Made by a program: the position numbers and the translations under genes. Shown in pieces: positions 52,511 to 64,000 of a stretch of 64,000 nucleotides of DNA (position 1 is the stretch's first letter; the number at the start of each line of letters is the position of its first letter). Source of the DNA: the human T2T-CHM13v2.0 reference genome, Homo sapiens. A model generated the notes under the pieces. The model made no database searches, was not told the origin of the DNA, and saw only the letters and a program-made list of their open reading frames with translations. Where the stretch lies: NCBI RefSeq assembly GCF_009914755.1, contig NC_060929.1; one strand, written 5' to 3'.

Positions 52511-55500
52511 TAGATACATGAGGAGCAAGATCCTAACAGCCTGACTTCGGGTCTTGCACTACCACTCACATGACCCTGAAGCTCAGAGAGATCAAGTGAC
52601 TTGCTCGGTTTTCTGTATACATGGGCATGCCTTCCCTTCCCTTCTAGTCACATCCTGCATCACAGGCGGTGGATGAGCCTGTCAGTGGTAATGATGGATC
52701 CTGTGATCAGTCCTCTCCTCTTGCCAGCCGGGCCAGAGGGAACACCCCATGGGCCGTGGGTGCTGACCAGCTCCTGTCTGCACACTGGGGCTGTAATGAT
52801 TTCAAGACCATCCCCCTCACCTCAGGTTTGGGGAATTTGGAGCAGAAGGGATGTAGAGAGCACTGCCTTGCCGTGGCAGTCCCAGGGGTCCGCCCCAGCC
52901 TTCTGATCACTAGCAGGCCTCAGGACTAGCCAGGCTGTGGAGCTCGGCCTGACCCTGACCTTGGGCCCTGAACTCCACTGGTGCCCCGCTTGTCATGCAC
53001 AGCCCCGTCAGAGCCGGCTCCCTGGGCTGAGGGGCTGCCCTGTGCTCCTCTGAGTCCCCGGCCGAGCGCACCGAATTATGTAATGCTGCTGAGCCAACAT
53101 TTACGCGTCTCAGCCAATTTGCTGGCCTAGAGTTACACTGTGCAGATGCTCTGCCTTACGGCTTGCTTTTGTCTCGGAGGCCGTAAGCAGATAGCATAAC
53201 CCTGCTTACCATTAGACATTTCGCAAATCATCTAGGCTCGAGCGTGCTGCAGCCAGACAGTTCATTTATGCTGCAAAGGGTATGATTTGTAAAGTAATAA
53301 ATTTCCCATCTTTCTGCCAGCAATAAAGTACAGCAAGCCGGCGAGGCCAAAGCCCTCCAAAAATATACTGGCTCCCAGCGAGACCTGGAAGAGAGCTCTT
53401 TCTGGTTCTGCTTCTCTCTGTTCCTGAATTCGTTGAATTCTGGGAAGTCAGGTTTGGGCCATAAATCCCCCTACCATCTGGGTGACCCTGAGACCCAGCA
53501 CAGATGTGTTACTAGCATGGGTAATTGACCGCTACCATGACACAGTTGTCACTTCCGGGTCCCTCTTGGTTCTGGCATTAGAAGAAGGCCTTGCTGGACC
53601 TCATTCAGACTGGGATGGAAAGTTGTTGACTGTGTCACCCCTATTTGTGGCTATGTGTCTGTGCTTGGGACCCAGGCAAGGCTCTTTCTCCTGTGAAGTT
53701 AGTGGCCTACAGTGATGGGTGTGTGTGTGCTGGTAGGAGCTCCTCTCAGTCTCCCGTGATGGCCCGCAAGGGCAAGTGTTTGGTCAGCCCCAAAGGGTTC
53801 TCTGTTGTGAAGGTGGCTGCTCTGAGCAGAAGGTCAGGGACAGGCTCAGAATTAGCCTTAGGAGTCTGGGTCCCAATTTCCTTGTTGGAGGAGGCTCAGT
53901 GGGTGGCGGGCACTTGCCACCAGCAGATGCTTCCTTAGAAGCAGGAGTTGTCAAGGAGCCCCTGGAGTTTCAGCCCAAAGTGGCAGCTGTGGTCTGGGAC
54001 CCTGATGGGCAAACAGGTGGCTTGGAGTCCCCAGTTTTGGCCAGACCCTTTCTTCTTGCCCCCTTCTTCTGTTTAGAGGGGCCGGGCTGTGTCTCTGACC
54101 TCTGTTGCAGATGATGGTGAGGCCTCACGCAGCTCCCACTCTCTGCTTGTGGGAGCTATCACTGTTTCCTCTGAGGGAAAGATGGGCCTGAAAATGGCAA
54201 AAAGTCTCACATTTAGCTCTGATGGTTTCCTCTCGCCCTCACCTTCTCAATCTTCATATGTTCTCTCTTTTTTTCCTCTTCATTCTTCTTTTCCACATCT
54301 GCCTCCACTTGTTCCACCTTTGATATTTGCTAAAATTTTGTTCCATTTAAAAATTATATAATGTTTGGGGACTAGATAAAAGTAGGAAAATGAAGTTACA
54401 GTGAAATGGCTCAAACACAGTCACTGTGTCTGTTGTGTTCTATTGTTTCTAGGCTGAGGGTTTCCAACTGGGCTGTGGAGGCCCCAGAAAGGGACGTCCC
54501 CCTTCACTTAGGGCAGCCCTGCTATCACCTGTGGACACAGGGCCTCTTCTAGAGTTCTTTGTCCTAAGTGGGGTGGGTAGATAGAGTCTCCTCCCTACTG
54601 TCGTGAGGAGAGTCTGCTTTTTATAAAGTTGCTCCCAGCATCAGAGGCCAGCCCCAGTGGTGGGAAGGAAGGATGGCAAAGCCCCAGGAATGTCCCTGCC
54701 CTGACTTAGCTCCCACAGCCTCTTCGATTCTGCTGTCTACACCCCAGCTTCTCCACCTGACAGTCTCACCCTTCATCTCTTCCAGGTCTTGGCTCAGGCA
54801 CCTCACTCAGCTCCAGCATTCGCTGCGTGTTGATCTCAGTTTTCTCAGGGGTGTGGGGGAGTTGATAGTTCCTGCCTGATAGGATTGTGAGGATTAAAGG
54901 AGATGATCTGGCATGCAGAAGGTTTCAGCAAATGTTGGCCAACAATGCAGGTTCAATGTATGCATCGGGCACAGGGCCACCTTATTGCTCAATCCGAGGG
55001 TGCCCACACATGTCAGTGTATGTGACCTTCCCTGACCCTATTGGGCAGTGCACAGCCTTTGCCCTGTATGTGGCAGCCCTGAAGGTGATGTTTCCAGTCC
55101 TGGGACTGGAAAATGAGGGTCTGGGAGAGAAGTTTGTTTTTGGAGAGGTAGGGGAGTCCGGTGTGGGGGTTAAAGTGGAAGACTCAATTCTTTTGCTCTG
55201 GGAGAGTGAGCAGGGAGGGGCAGGGTAGGGTGACTCAGGCCGCAGGGAGGAAGCTGCTTACTGCAGTCTTTAGCTCTTTGGAGAAAGATGAGGACCAGAA
55301 GCTGAAAGTGTGGTCAGGACCTGTTGGCCAAAAGACCAGAGGAGAAAGGCTGCAGAGAAAGAAAAGTTGCCATGGGTTACCAGGAAGGAAGACCTGAAAC
55401 TGGTGCTGAGGCTCTAGGGAGCAGTTGTCCCAGGAAGGAAACCCTGGACCAAACTGCCCTCTCCTGCCACAGCTGCAGGGGTGCCCAGAGTTCAGGTCTG

Positions 55501-55589
55501 GGTGCAAAGGGGAGGGTAGGTGGGGATTGGCAGAGGATTCCCTGAACTCTGTAAGACATCACGGGTCATTCTCTCTCCAGTGAAAGGGC

Positions 55590-55780
55590 AAATGCTTGTT
55601 GAGCAGGTACAATGCACTAGGGACTGTGTGAGGGACTTGATGTATATTAGCTCTTTTAATCCTTAGGACAGCCCTGTGAACAGGCATTAGAATGGGGAAA
55701 CTGAGACTCAGAGATGTTACATGACTTGTCCAAGTTTTTCCTAGCTAGGAAGGAAATAAAAATAGGATCCCAACTACTTC
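55590..55780 (-). mobile_element. MIR SINE
   Basis: TTGAGCA...TTTAATCCTT..GACAGCCCTGTGA...GGGAAACTGAGACTCAGAGA...TGACTTGTCCAAG. Confidence 0.78.
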
Positions 55781-57341
55781 AAACACTTCCCTCTAGACTG
55801 TAAGCAACGCGGGGGCAGAGAATGGCTAGTCCTGCTCTCTGCTGGCTCCTCTAGTGTGTTTGTCAAGGTGCCTGGCATACAGCAGAACTGCGCGAGTGTG
55901 TGGTTGAGCCCAGGTCTGCGTGTTTCTGAGCCCATGCAAGGTATTTGAAAGTTCCTCTGAGCTCTTCTTTTTGCCCTGTGGCAGCCCCCTTGCCTTCCCT
56001 GGAAAGTACTGCTTGTTGGTGGGGGGAGGTCTCGGGTTGACAACACCCTACCGCCAGCTCGCTAGCCCCTTTAGGCCCCGAAGAAACTATTGAGTCATGC
56101 ATTTTGCTTGGGTTTTGATGATTCGTGATTCATGCTTGTGAGGAAGGCAAGGGAGTGACTCATGCTGATTTAGTAAGCTTAGGAATAGTCCTGAGAAGTG
56201 GCTGATAAAGTGCCGGCTGGCAGCCCACTCCCCCGTGGCTGCCAGCGCCAAGTGCTCAGAAATCACCAGGTTAAACAAGTCTGCAGAAAATTCAATCTTC
56301 CCGGCATGATTTTCCTTATTTGAGCTAATAGCATGAGGCGCCTTTCTCCTGGCACTGCGAAGTGCACCGGTGGCCTTGCCGTCTTCCCTGGGGGCGTGGG
56401 GGAGAAGGAGAGCAAATGCCTTACGTTTAGCGGATGCGCTAGGAACGGCTAGGACCTCCCAGGGTTTGCCTTGTGCCCATGGAACCAGCAGTTCCGCCCC
56501 AAGGGAAGCCAGCCGTGTGTCCTAGTGCCGGAATGATGGGGTAATGCCAGTGAGCCGCCCCTTCTCCACAGGGTACTGAGAACGAGGCCAGGCAGCAGCT
56601 GTCCTGGCCTCTTGGCCCTGTCAGGACTAACACACCTGGGTTGGGCCCACTGGGGTCAGGTTACTCACGGTAAGCAAGTGCAGGTGGAGAGAGGTGGCCC
56701 AGAGGAGCAGGCCAAGGTGGCAGGAGATGGGTCATTTCAAATGGCTCGCCAGCAGCCCAGGGGATCCCTGACATCTAGCAGGTATTGACATTGGGATTAA
56801 CCCTGTGGGTCGATGGTTCCGTGCTGATTCCTCATGTGCCTCTGCGTCAGATTGCTCAGGCAAGAGGGCTGGAGAAAAAAATCAGAGATGCACCCAACTT
56901 GGTCAGTATCTGTGCAGCGATCCTGTTATGGTTGGCAGTCCCTTACTTTGAAGCTCTGATTCCTTTCAGAAGCTTCTGAAGTTCAAAGGAGCAGGTGGGG
57001 GTGGATAGGTCATTGAGAAAGGGCAGACCCTGTTCAAAAGTAAGATACTTCCTAAATCTGGTCTCCTTTCTGTAAGTTCTTTGGTGTCCCTCCCCATATG
57101 TGTTGAGCCCCTTGTGGCATGTTAAGCTCAGTGCTGGGACCAGCCAGGGGAACAAGGGTTCTGCCTTCATGAGTCTGAGACCTGTTTAGAGTGCAGCCTC
57201 TCCTCCCACTTTCCTCTCCTCTCCCCTCCTCCGATGCATCTATCCATCCAAAAAAATGCTATTGTGATAACACACATAAAGCATTTAGCATTATGATCAG
57301 CTTCATAATTGCTAGTTTTTATTTCATAATTAATATTATTA

Positions 57342-57638
<297 letters not shown>

Positions 57639-58354
57639 ATAATGTTTATTGCTATTATTTGACATCTCTTGCATGCCAGGCAAAAAAAAAGGTGAATACT
57701 GGTGCAAATTGGTGAGCGTGTTATGTGACAGCTGGAAATCCTAGAGCTGGTCTAGCCTCACCCCTCATGCTGCAGATGGGGATACTGAGGCCTAGAAAGA
57801 AATGAAGAGATTGATGGGAGTCTCATAGGGAGGGCATGGCTAGGCCAAGCCTGGAACTCAGGGCTCCTTCTGCCGTGGCATGCAGCTGTCATGCTGGGAT
57901 GGGGTGGTCCGAGGAGGCTTCCTGGAGGAGGTGGGTTTTGAGATGAGCCTTGGGATGAGAGTAGGAATGAGATCAGCAGGAGAGGAGAAGCGAGAAAGGG
58001 CAGAGCACAGTGGCCCAGGATGGTGTGGAGGAGGGAGCCACAAGGGGAGAAAGGTCAGGAGAGACTGGGTGGGGGGCACCAGAGCCATCTCTGTAGCATC
58101 TTTTGAGGAGTGCCGCAAAGGCCTCACTGCTCCCACATCCTGCACTCTGCCACTGCCATCAGGTACTTCCTCCTGGCACGTGCAGATCAAATGGTGGCCC
58201 TGGGGCCCGAGGCTCCGTCTGCTTGCCTGCCTCAGCGCTCATGCTCAGTGGGGACCCATGGGTCCAGGCTGGAAGTCACAGGCCAGGCATCCATGCTGAA
58301 TGCATCTCTCCTGGGAGAGCAAACCCATTCAGTCATAATTTGCCATTAACCCCT

Positions 58355-58819
58355 TATATTAGTTTCCTAGCCCTGCTGCAACAAATTGCCACACACCAAG
58401 TGGCTTAAAACAACAGAAATTTATTCTCTCAGAGTTCTGGAGGCCAGAAGTTCAAAACCCAGGTGTTGGCAGGGTTGACTCCTTCGGGAGGATGTGCGGG
58501 GTGATCTGTCCTGCTTCTCGCTCGTGGCTTCTGGAGGCTGCTGGCAGTCCTTGGCATGCTGTGGCTTGTGACTATGTAACTCTAGTTTCTGCCTCTGTCT
58601 TCATGTGGCCTCCTGCTCTGTGACATCTCTTCTTCTTATAAAGGCTCTTGTCATCAGGTTTAGGAACAACCTGGTTGAGTCAGCCTGGTCTTCATCCTGA
58701 GATCTTTAACTTAATTATATCTGCAAAGACTTATTTTTCCAAATAAGTTCATGCTCATGGGTCCTGGGTGGACGTATCCTTGGTGGTGGTGGGGCAGTGG
58801 GGCACCATTTTCGCTACAC
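58355..58819 (-). mobile_element. MLT1 (MLT1B/C-like) ERVL-MaLR solo LTR
   Basis: TATTAGTTTCCT...GTGGCTTAAAACAACAGAAATTTATTCTCTCAGAGTTCTGGAGGCCAGAAGT...ATCTGCAAAGAC..ATTTTTCCAAATAAG. Confidence 0.88.
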
Positions 58820-59082
58820 CCCTGGAGCAGTGTGACAGTGTGGCCTTGGGAGATGAGTCACAAGGGAACTTTTGTTGAGATAAGAGGATAAGTCTGGGTG
58901 AGACATTGCACTGGGGATCCTGGGCAAATTCCCAGAAGTGTTTGGGCCTTGGCTGTAGAGGTTTTTCTGAGACTGAAGACTCAGGACCCAGCTCTGAAGT
59001 GATGATCAGGGCTTCTTGATAGGCACCGCCATGTTGGGGATGGACCTCTGTGCCCATGGTCCACTCGGGGGCTCATCCAGGG

Positions 59083-59303
59083 CAGTGCTATCCATCAGAA
59101 CCTTCCGTGGTGATGGAAATGTTCTTCAGATCTGAGCTGTGCAACACAGTGGCTCCTAGTCCTGTGTGTCTATTGAGCTTTTGAAATACCCGCTCTGGCT
59201 CGTGCAGCTGAAGGACTAGATTTTTTACTTCTATTTAATTTTAATTTTAATTTTAACTTAGATAGGCCTACGGGACTAGTGGCTTCTGTACTGAGCATCA
59301 CAG
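59083..59303. mobile_element. MER3-like hAT-Charlie MITE
   Basis: CAGTGCTATCCA..AGAACCTTCCGTGGTGATGGAAATGTTCT...TTTAATTTTAATT...CTAGTGGCT. Confidence 0.75.
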
Positions 59304-61370
59304 CTCCACAGTGTCTTGATTTCACCCCTTCTCCTCGTCTGTTTTTCATTTCACTATCAAAAATGTAATTTAACACAAGAACTGAAATTGTTCTTTTGTT
59401 TTTTTTATGTACGTAATGCTTAAAGTTTTAACTTTTGGCTTAGAGACAGAGGCCAGATGGAGTTGACTGGTTTTAGGCCCAGTACAAGAAAGCATGGCCT
59501 CCTCTTGCAGTGAAATGGAAAAGAGGAGTGTTTTCCTGTGGACAGTGCTGTGGCTCACAATTGCCTGGTAGTTAAGCGGGAGAAGCAGTTGGAGAGGCTG
59601 CAGTAAAATCTACAGTCACTGGCAGCAAGGAGGTTGCTGCAAGGTTTCTTTGAGCCAGAAAGAAGGGATGAGAACCCATGTCCACATCCCTGGGCCTTGT
59701 TTGGAAGTCTATGAGTTAGGGGTTCTTTGCTCTTTATCATGGTTTCTGAGAAGCCACAGGTGAAATTTGGGTCTCATAAAGCAATTTTCCCCCAAATTAC
59801 TCCTCGTATTCCTGCTTCCACAGATGGATATTGTATACTGTCTTGCTTTAGAGTGAGGATATTTATTTTTGCACACTGTTTAGACATGATCTTAAACAAC
59901 ACTTCATTTATTTACACGTTGGCATGTTTTTGACCCTTCTGGATGAAAAATAAAGTGTTTGCCTGAGAGCAGAAAATCTCCAATGAGGCGGCTCTTCATA
60001 GGGTGATGGGATCTTCATGGGCTTAAACTATATGGGCTTTAAGCTCAAGCTCATCTCCTTTTCCTTGCTTCTTCCTGGCAAACCAGACACAGTAGCATCA
60101 AGACTCAAAGCGCCTGCCTCTGTGCTTATGCTCCATGGGCACCCATGTGTCCAGGCTAGAAGTCACAGGCCAGGAAGAGGAGGAGGTTCTGGGCCTCAGA
60201 CTCTGCTAATGCAGGCAGATCAGGCCTATTTTAGATGGGGATTTGTAGAGGTGTCTACTGCTTGGGGTCATGCTAGCACTGCGCTGTGTACATGTAAGAC
60301 ACAAATTAGGGATTTAGAGGCGCGGAGGCTGCTGAGTGTTGCTAGGCAACCTTTCAGCTGGGCCTGGCGGTAACACAATCTCTGGGAGCAGCCCGGTAGG
60401 AAGGCCTCCTAAGGACAAAACTGAACTTTAGAAACAGCGTCTTCTGCAACTGCACCTGCCTCGCTTGCCTCTGGAAAGGGTGGGGGCAGGTCAGCAGAGC
60501 CATGCTGTTATATAAGCTACTTGGGGGAATTGTGCATCCGTGGATTCTTTATGTGTTATGTCTTCTTTTCCTTATGTATTTATTTATATCCCACCTTGTA
60601 CAAAAGAGGATCTGTGGTGGCTTTCAGAAACACTGATGTTGCGGCAGGACAAACATTAAATAAGAAGAACCTGGGGCAAATGGAAAGGAAGGGTAAGAAA
60701 ATAGGAGTGTGGTTTGTCACTCAGCAAGGATACTGAGGATTTACCATGTGCTTGGCTCTGTAGATACAGCAGTGAACAGAAAAACAGCCATGGTTCCTGC
60801 CCTCCTGGAGCTTACAGTCTAATAGGAAAGGTGCAGGGGTAGGGTGGGGGAGGGAGGAAGAAAGGCCATTATGGATCCAGTGCTTTTGTTGAGGGTAGGC
60901 TGCAGATTAGACTGTGAGTCTCCTGGCGGCCAAAGCAAGAGGTGACTACAATTATGAGGGACTGGGTATGTTATCAGTGTTGTGTTGGTAACAGTACAGC
61001 GACAGTAGCTTCATCCTACTGTCCTGGGTGTGCAGATTATGACACAGGTGCCGCCAGGCCCTGTGCAGAGATGCTCCCTTCTTTCCTGCTTTGCTGTCAG
61101 CCTCCCTTTGGCACCAGCCTCCTGGTTGGGTTCATGTCATCCAGGACATCCTGGTGGCCATCCCTCAAGTGAAGGGCTTGGGTGCTCTTGGGCCCAGCCA
61201 GTCCCAGAACTCTTCCCTGCAACCTTCCACTCATGTCCTAGGCCAGACTGTTCTCTCCTTCTAGAATGCCACTTACCTCTGTTGTCTCCGTCTTCTCTCC
61301 TTGCCCATTTAGGGCCCTTTATAGTTTCTAATGTGCCCTTTACTGATAGCATTTTATTTGCTTCTTCCAG

Positions 61371-61765
61371 TGATATGGTTTGATTCTGTGTCCCCACCCA
61401 AATCTCATCTCGAATTGTAATCCCCATGTGTTAAGGGAGGGACCTCTAATCCCCACATGTTCAGGGGAGAAGTGATTGGATTATGGGGGCAGTTTCCCCC
61501 ATACCATTCTCATGATAGTGAGTGAATTCTCATGAGATCTGATGATTTTATAAATGGTAGTTTTCCCTGCACTCTCACATGCTTTCTCTCCCTTGCCGCC
61601 ATGTAAGACATGCCTGCTTCCCCTTCCACCATGATTGTAAGTTTCCGGAGGCCTCCCCAGTCATGCAGAACTGTGAGTTAATTAAACCTCTTTTTTTTTT
61701 TTTTTTAAATAAATTACCCAGTCTTGGGGAGTGTCTTTATAACAGTGTAAGAGCGGACTAATACA
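61371..61765 (+). mobile_element. THE1 (THE1D-like) / MST-family MaLR solo LTR, 395 bp
   Basis: TGATATGGTTTG...CTAATACA ends (TG...CA) with a perfect 5-bp TSD TCCAG at 61366-61370 and 61766-61770. Internal CCATGATTGTAAGTTTCC.GAGGCCTCCCCAG. Confidence 0.95.
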
Positions 61766-62114
61766 TCCAGCAACCTGGTGAGCTATCTGTGATTTTAGTC
61801 ATTTACAGCAAAAGGAAGCAGAGGCACAGCCTGGCCTGGGTTTGCCTGAGGTTCCACAGCTTCCTGACCCCATTGACGCCTATCTTTGGCTTCATCACAT
61901 TTGGCATATATGACTTTGCTTCTATAGTGGGCATGCAGCTTGCTTATAGACTCTGGAAGAGCCTAATCCTTCTGCTTCTGGCATCTCTCTGGGAGGCAGG
62001 CCAGAATTTCATTACCCCTTCCATGATCAGGCCAGGGTCATCCCTTCATCCCATGGATATGAGTATCTGAGGTCTCATTCTCCCAAGGCAGTCGTTTTGT
62101 TTGTCTGTCTGTCT

Positions 62115-62260
62115 GTTCATTTGTTCATTCAACAAATATGTCTCGAGCAAGCCAGGCACTGTGTACTAATCACCCACCATCCTTGCCCTCAAGGAGCTCA
62201 CAGTTTAGTTGAAGAAGGATCAACACATGTGAGATGACAGTGCAGAATAAAGAAAGTGTG
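62115..62260 (-). mobile_element. LINE-2 3' end fragment
   Basis: TTCATTCAACAAATAT...GCCAGGCACTGTG...TGCCCTCAAGGAGCTCACAGT. Confidence 0.75.
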
Positions 62261-63769
62261 AGTGTGAGTTAGGGTATTAGTCAACAGCAGCACTGGGTGC
62301 TTAGAGTGACAGGAGGTCTGGGACCAAGACATATGGAATGGTTGTAAGGTCTGAACAAATTTAGCCTAGTTGTGTTTTTATTTCAGTTGCTGTTGATTAA
62401 CACTCTAACTCACACTCACACCTTCTTTATGCTGCACTCTAATCTCACATGTGCTGATCCTTCTAATTGGGCAAAGTTCACTTTAAAGTGCAAGGACATC
62501 GAATGCCATATACCCTTGTACGACTTACCCATAGAAGCAAGAAAGGCCTTACCTCCTGTGTTCTTAGAAGCATACTTCTATTAATGCACCCTTAATTTGC
62601 AGCAGCCTGGTGGTATAAGAGACAGCCTTGGATAGGTATGCCTGCATTGTAAGCCTCTCATACAAGAGGAGACTTCTTGAGCACTTGGAGACATAGGGCC
62701 CTCTTTTCCCTGAGGATTGTTGAAGGAATCTTATTTAAGAACATGAGGGCAAGTGCCTTGTGCGTGTCCCATTAATGAATGCTGCCCGCTCTCAGGTTAC
62801 ATAGCAGTGGTCTTGGATGGATTTCAATGTTTTGATCCCTCTTTAAAGAAAGCAACCGCAGCTATCCCAATTATGAATTTGGAAATACCCTTGAGCAGCC
62901 GTTGGGGTGAGAGTCGATTGGGCCATTGTGTTATCATTCCACGCATCTCCCAGAGATAGAGACCTGTATAAGTAAAACCATATTTCTGTTTTTTACGATC
63001 CAAGATACCAATCCCAGGACTATCGGGCAGACTCAGGAAGCAGCACATGGGGAACATTCTCAGACTTGGTAAGTAGCTGGCCTGCTGATAGAGGAGATTA
63101 AGGTGCTTTTGATCTCTTCTCCCCTAATGACAATGTCTCTAGTTTTAAAAATGACTGGGGGAAGTCTTTCTTTGAACAGTCAAGAGGCTGCTTCAAAAAG
63201 AGCTCACACTATTTCTAGACAATGTGTCTGGGAAATTATGCTGCTGAATTGTAAGTGGAGTTAGATGAATTTTCCCTTCTGCCCCCTTGAAATCATGACT
63301 TCGCCATTCAGATGCATTAGCTGATGACCCTCAGTGCACCAAGGCTCCCCACTTTCTCCTGGAGTCAGGCCACCTGTCGAGGCTCCAGCCCCTCAGAGGT
63401 CGGCTCTGGACAGTCACACCTGTCTGCATTTGCCCGAGGAGTCATTTGTATGCTTTAGGGCATTGCTTTGCTGCCATACTCTGCAACCTCCATCCAATCT
63501 TGGCCCTCTGCCTGTTATTTTGAGCAGGTAACCTAGGGAGAGGGACCTCCTGAAGACAGCAGAATGATGTAAAGGTATTCTGGTGAGATTAAGTCTGGAA
63601 GCAGCAATTCCTTGTGCAAGATGTGTGAGGGAAAAAAAAATATGTGAGTGTTGCTTTGGCCCTGAATGCGTGGAGAGCTATATGAATTAGTAGAACTCAG
63701 ATGTCAAATCATCAGTGAAAGAAAATCTGGCTTAAGTAAACATTTAACACCTCACTCATGTCTTCATGA

Positions 63770-63955
63770 CATGGAGATTAAGAGTGTGAACCTTAATGTA
63801 GACTGCTTGGGTTCAAGTCCCAGTGTCTCCAGTTATTAGCTGTGTGGTCTTGGGCAAGTCATTTAATTTCTCTGAACATAAATTTCCTCATCTAGAAAAT
63901 AGCATCTAGCTCATTGAATTTTGAGAAATGAAATAATGCATAAATAAAACACCTG
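63770..63955 (+). mobile_element. MIR SINE
   Basis: TTAAGAGTGTG...AGACTGCTTGGGTTCAAGTCCCAG...AGCTGTGTGGTCTTGGGCAAGTCATTTAA...TTTCCTCATCT. Confidence 0.85.
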
Positions 63956-64000
63956 CTTTATCTGCTGTGTGCCCTACCAAATTTTGTTGTTGCTTTGTAA

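Noticed and set aside
61417-61470. Internal TAATCCCCA...TGT doublet in the THE1 LTR
   Set aside because: As I recall, such a repeat occurs in THE1/MST LTR variants, so it is not locus-specific evidence.

Overview
Primate (very probably human) nuclear DNA, not microbial: it carries AluJ/AluS, a THE1-type LTR, L1, L2, MIR and hAT fossils, and CpG is depleted outside one island. The window opens with a CpG-island/promoter-like region (~110-960). An AT-rich nested block of L1, Alu and Charlie follows (~4.6-15.7 kb), then ~48 kb of GC-richer intronic or intergenic sequence dense in MIR/L2 with several repeat-free, enhancer-like stretches. I recognise no protein-coding exon or structural RNA gene and cannot name the locus. 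The ORF-track entries look repeat-derived or chance. I found no evidence for a new multi-gene system. The best-supported oddities are small: three short dispersed direct duplications 1.2-2 kb apart, a 71-bp micro-inversion inside an L2, templated-insertion-like scars in L1s, two Alus stacked at one target site, an isolated CpG-dense splice-bounded 104-nt segment, and a hairpin with an alternative pairing partner. Repeat family names come from remembered consensus sequences, and boundaries are approximate unless TSD/TIR evidence is given.
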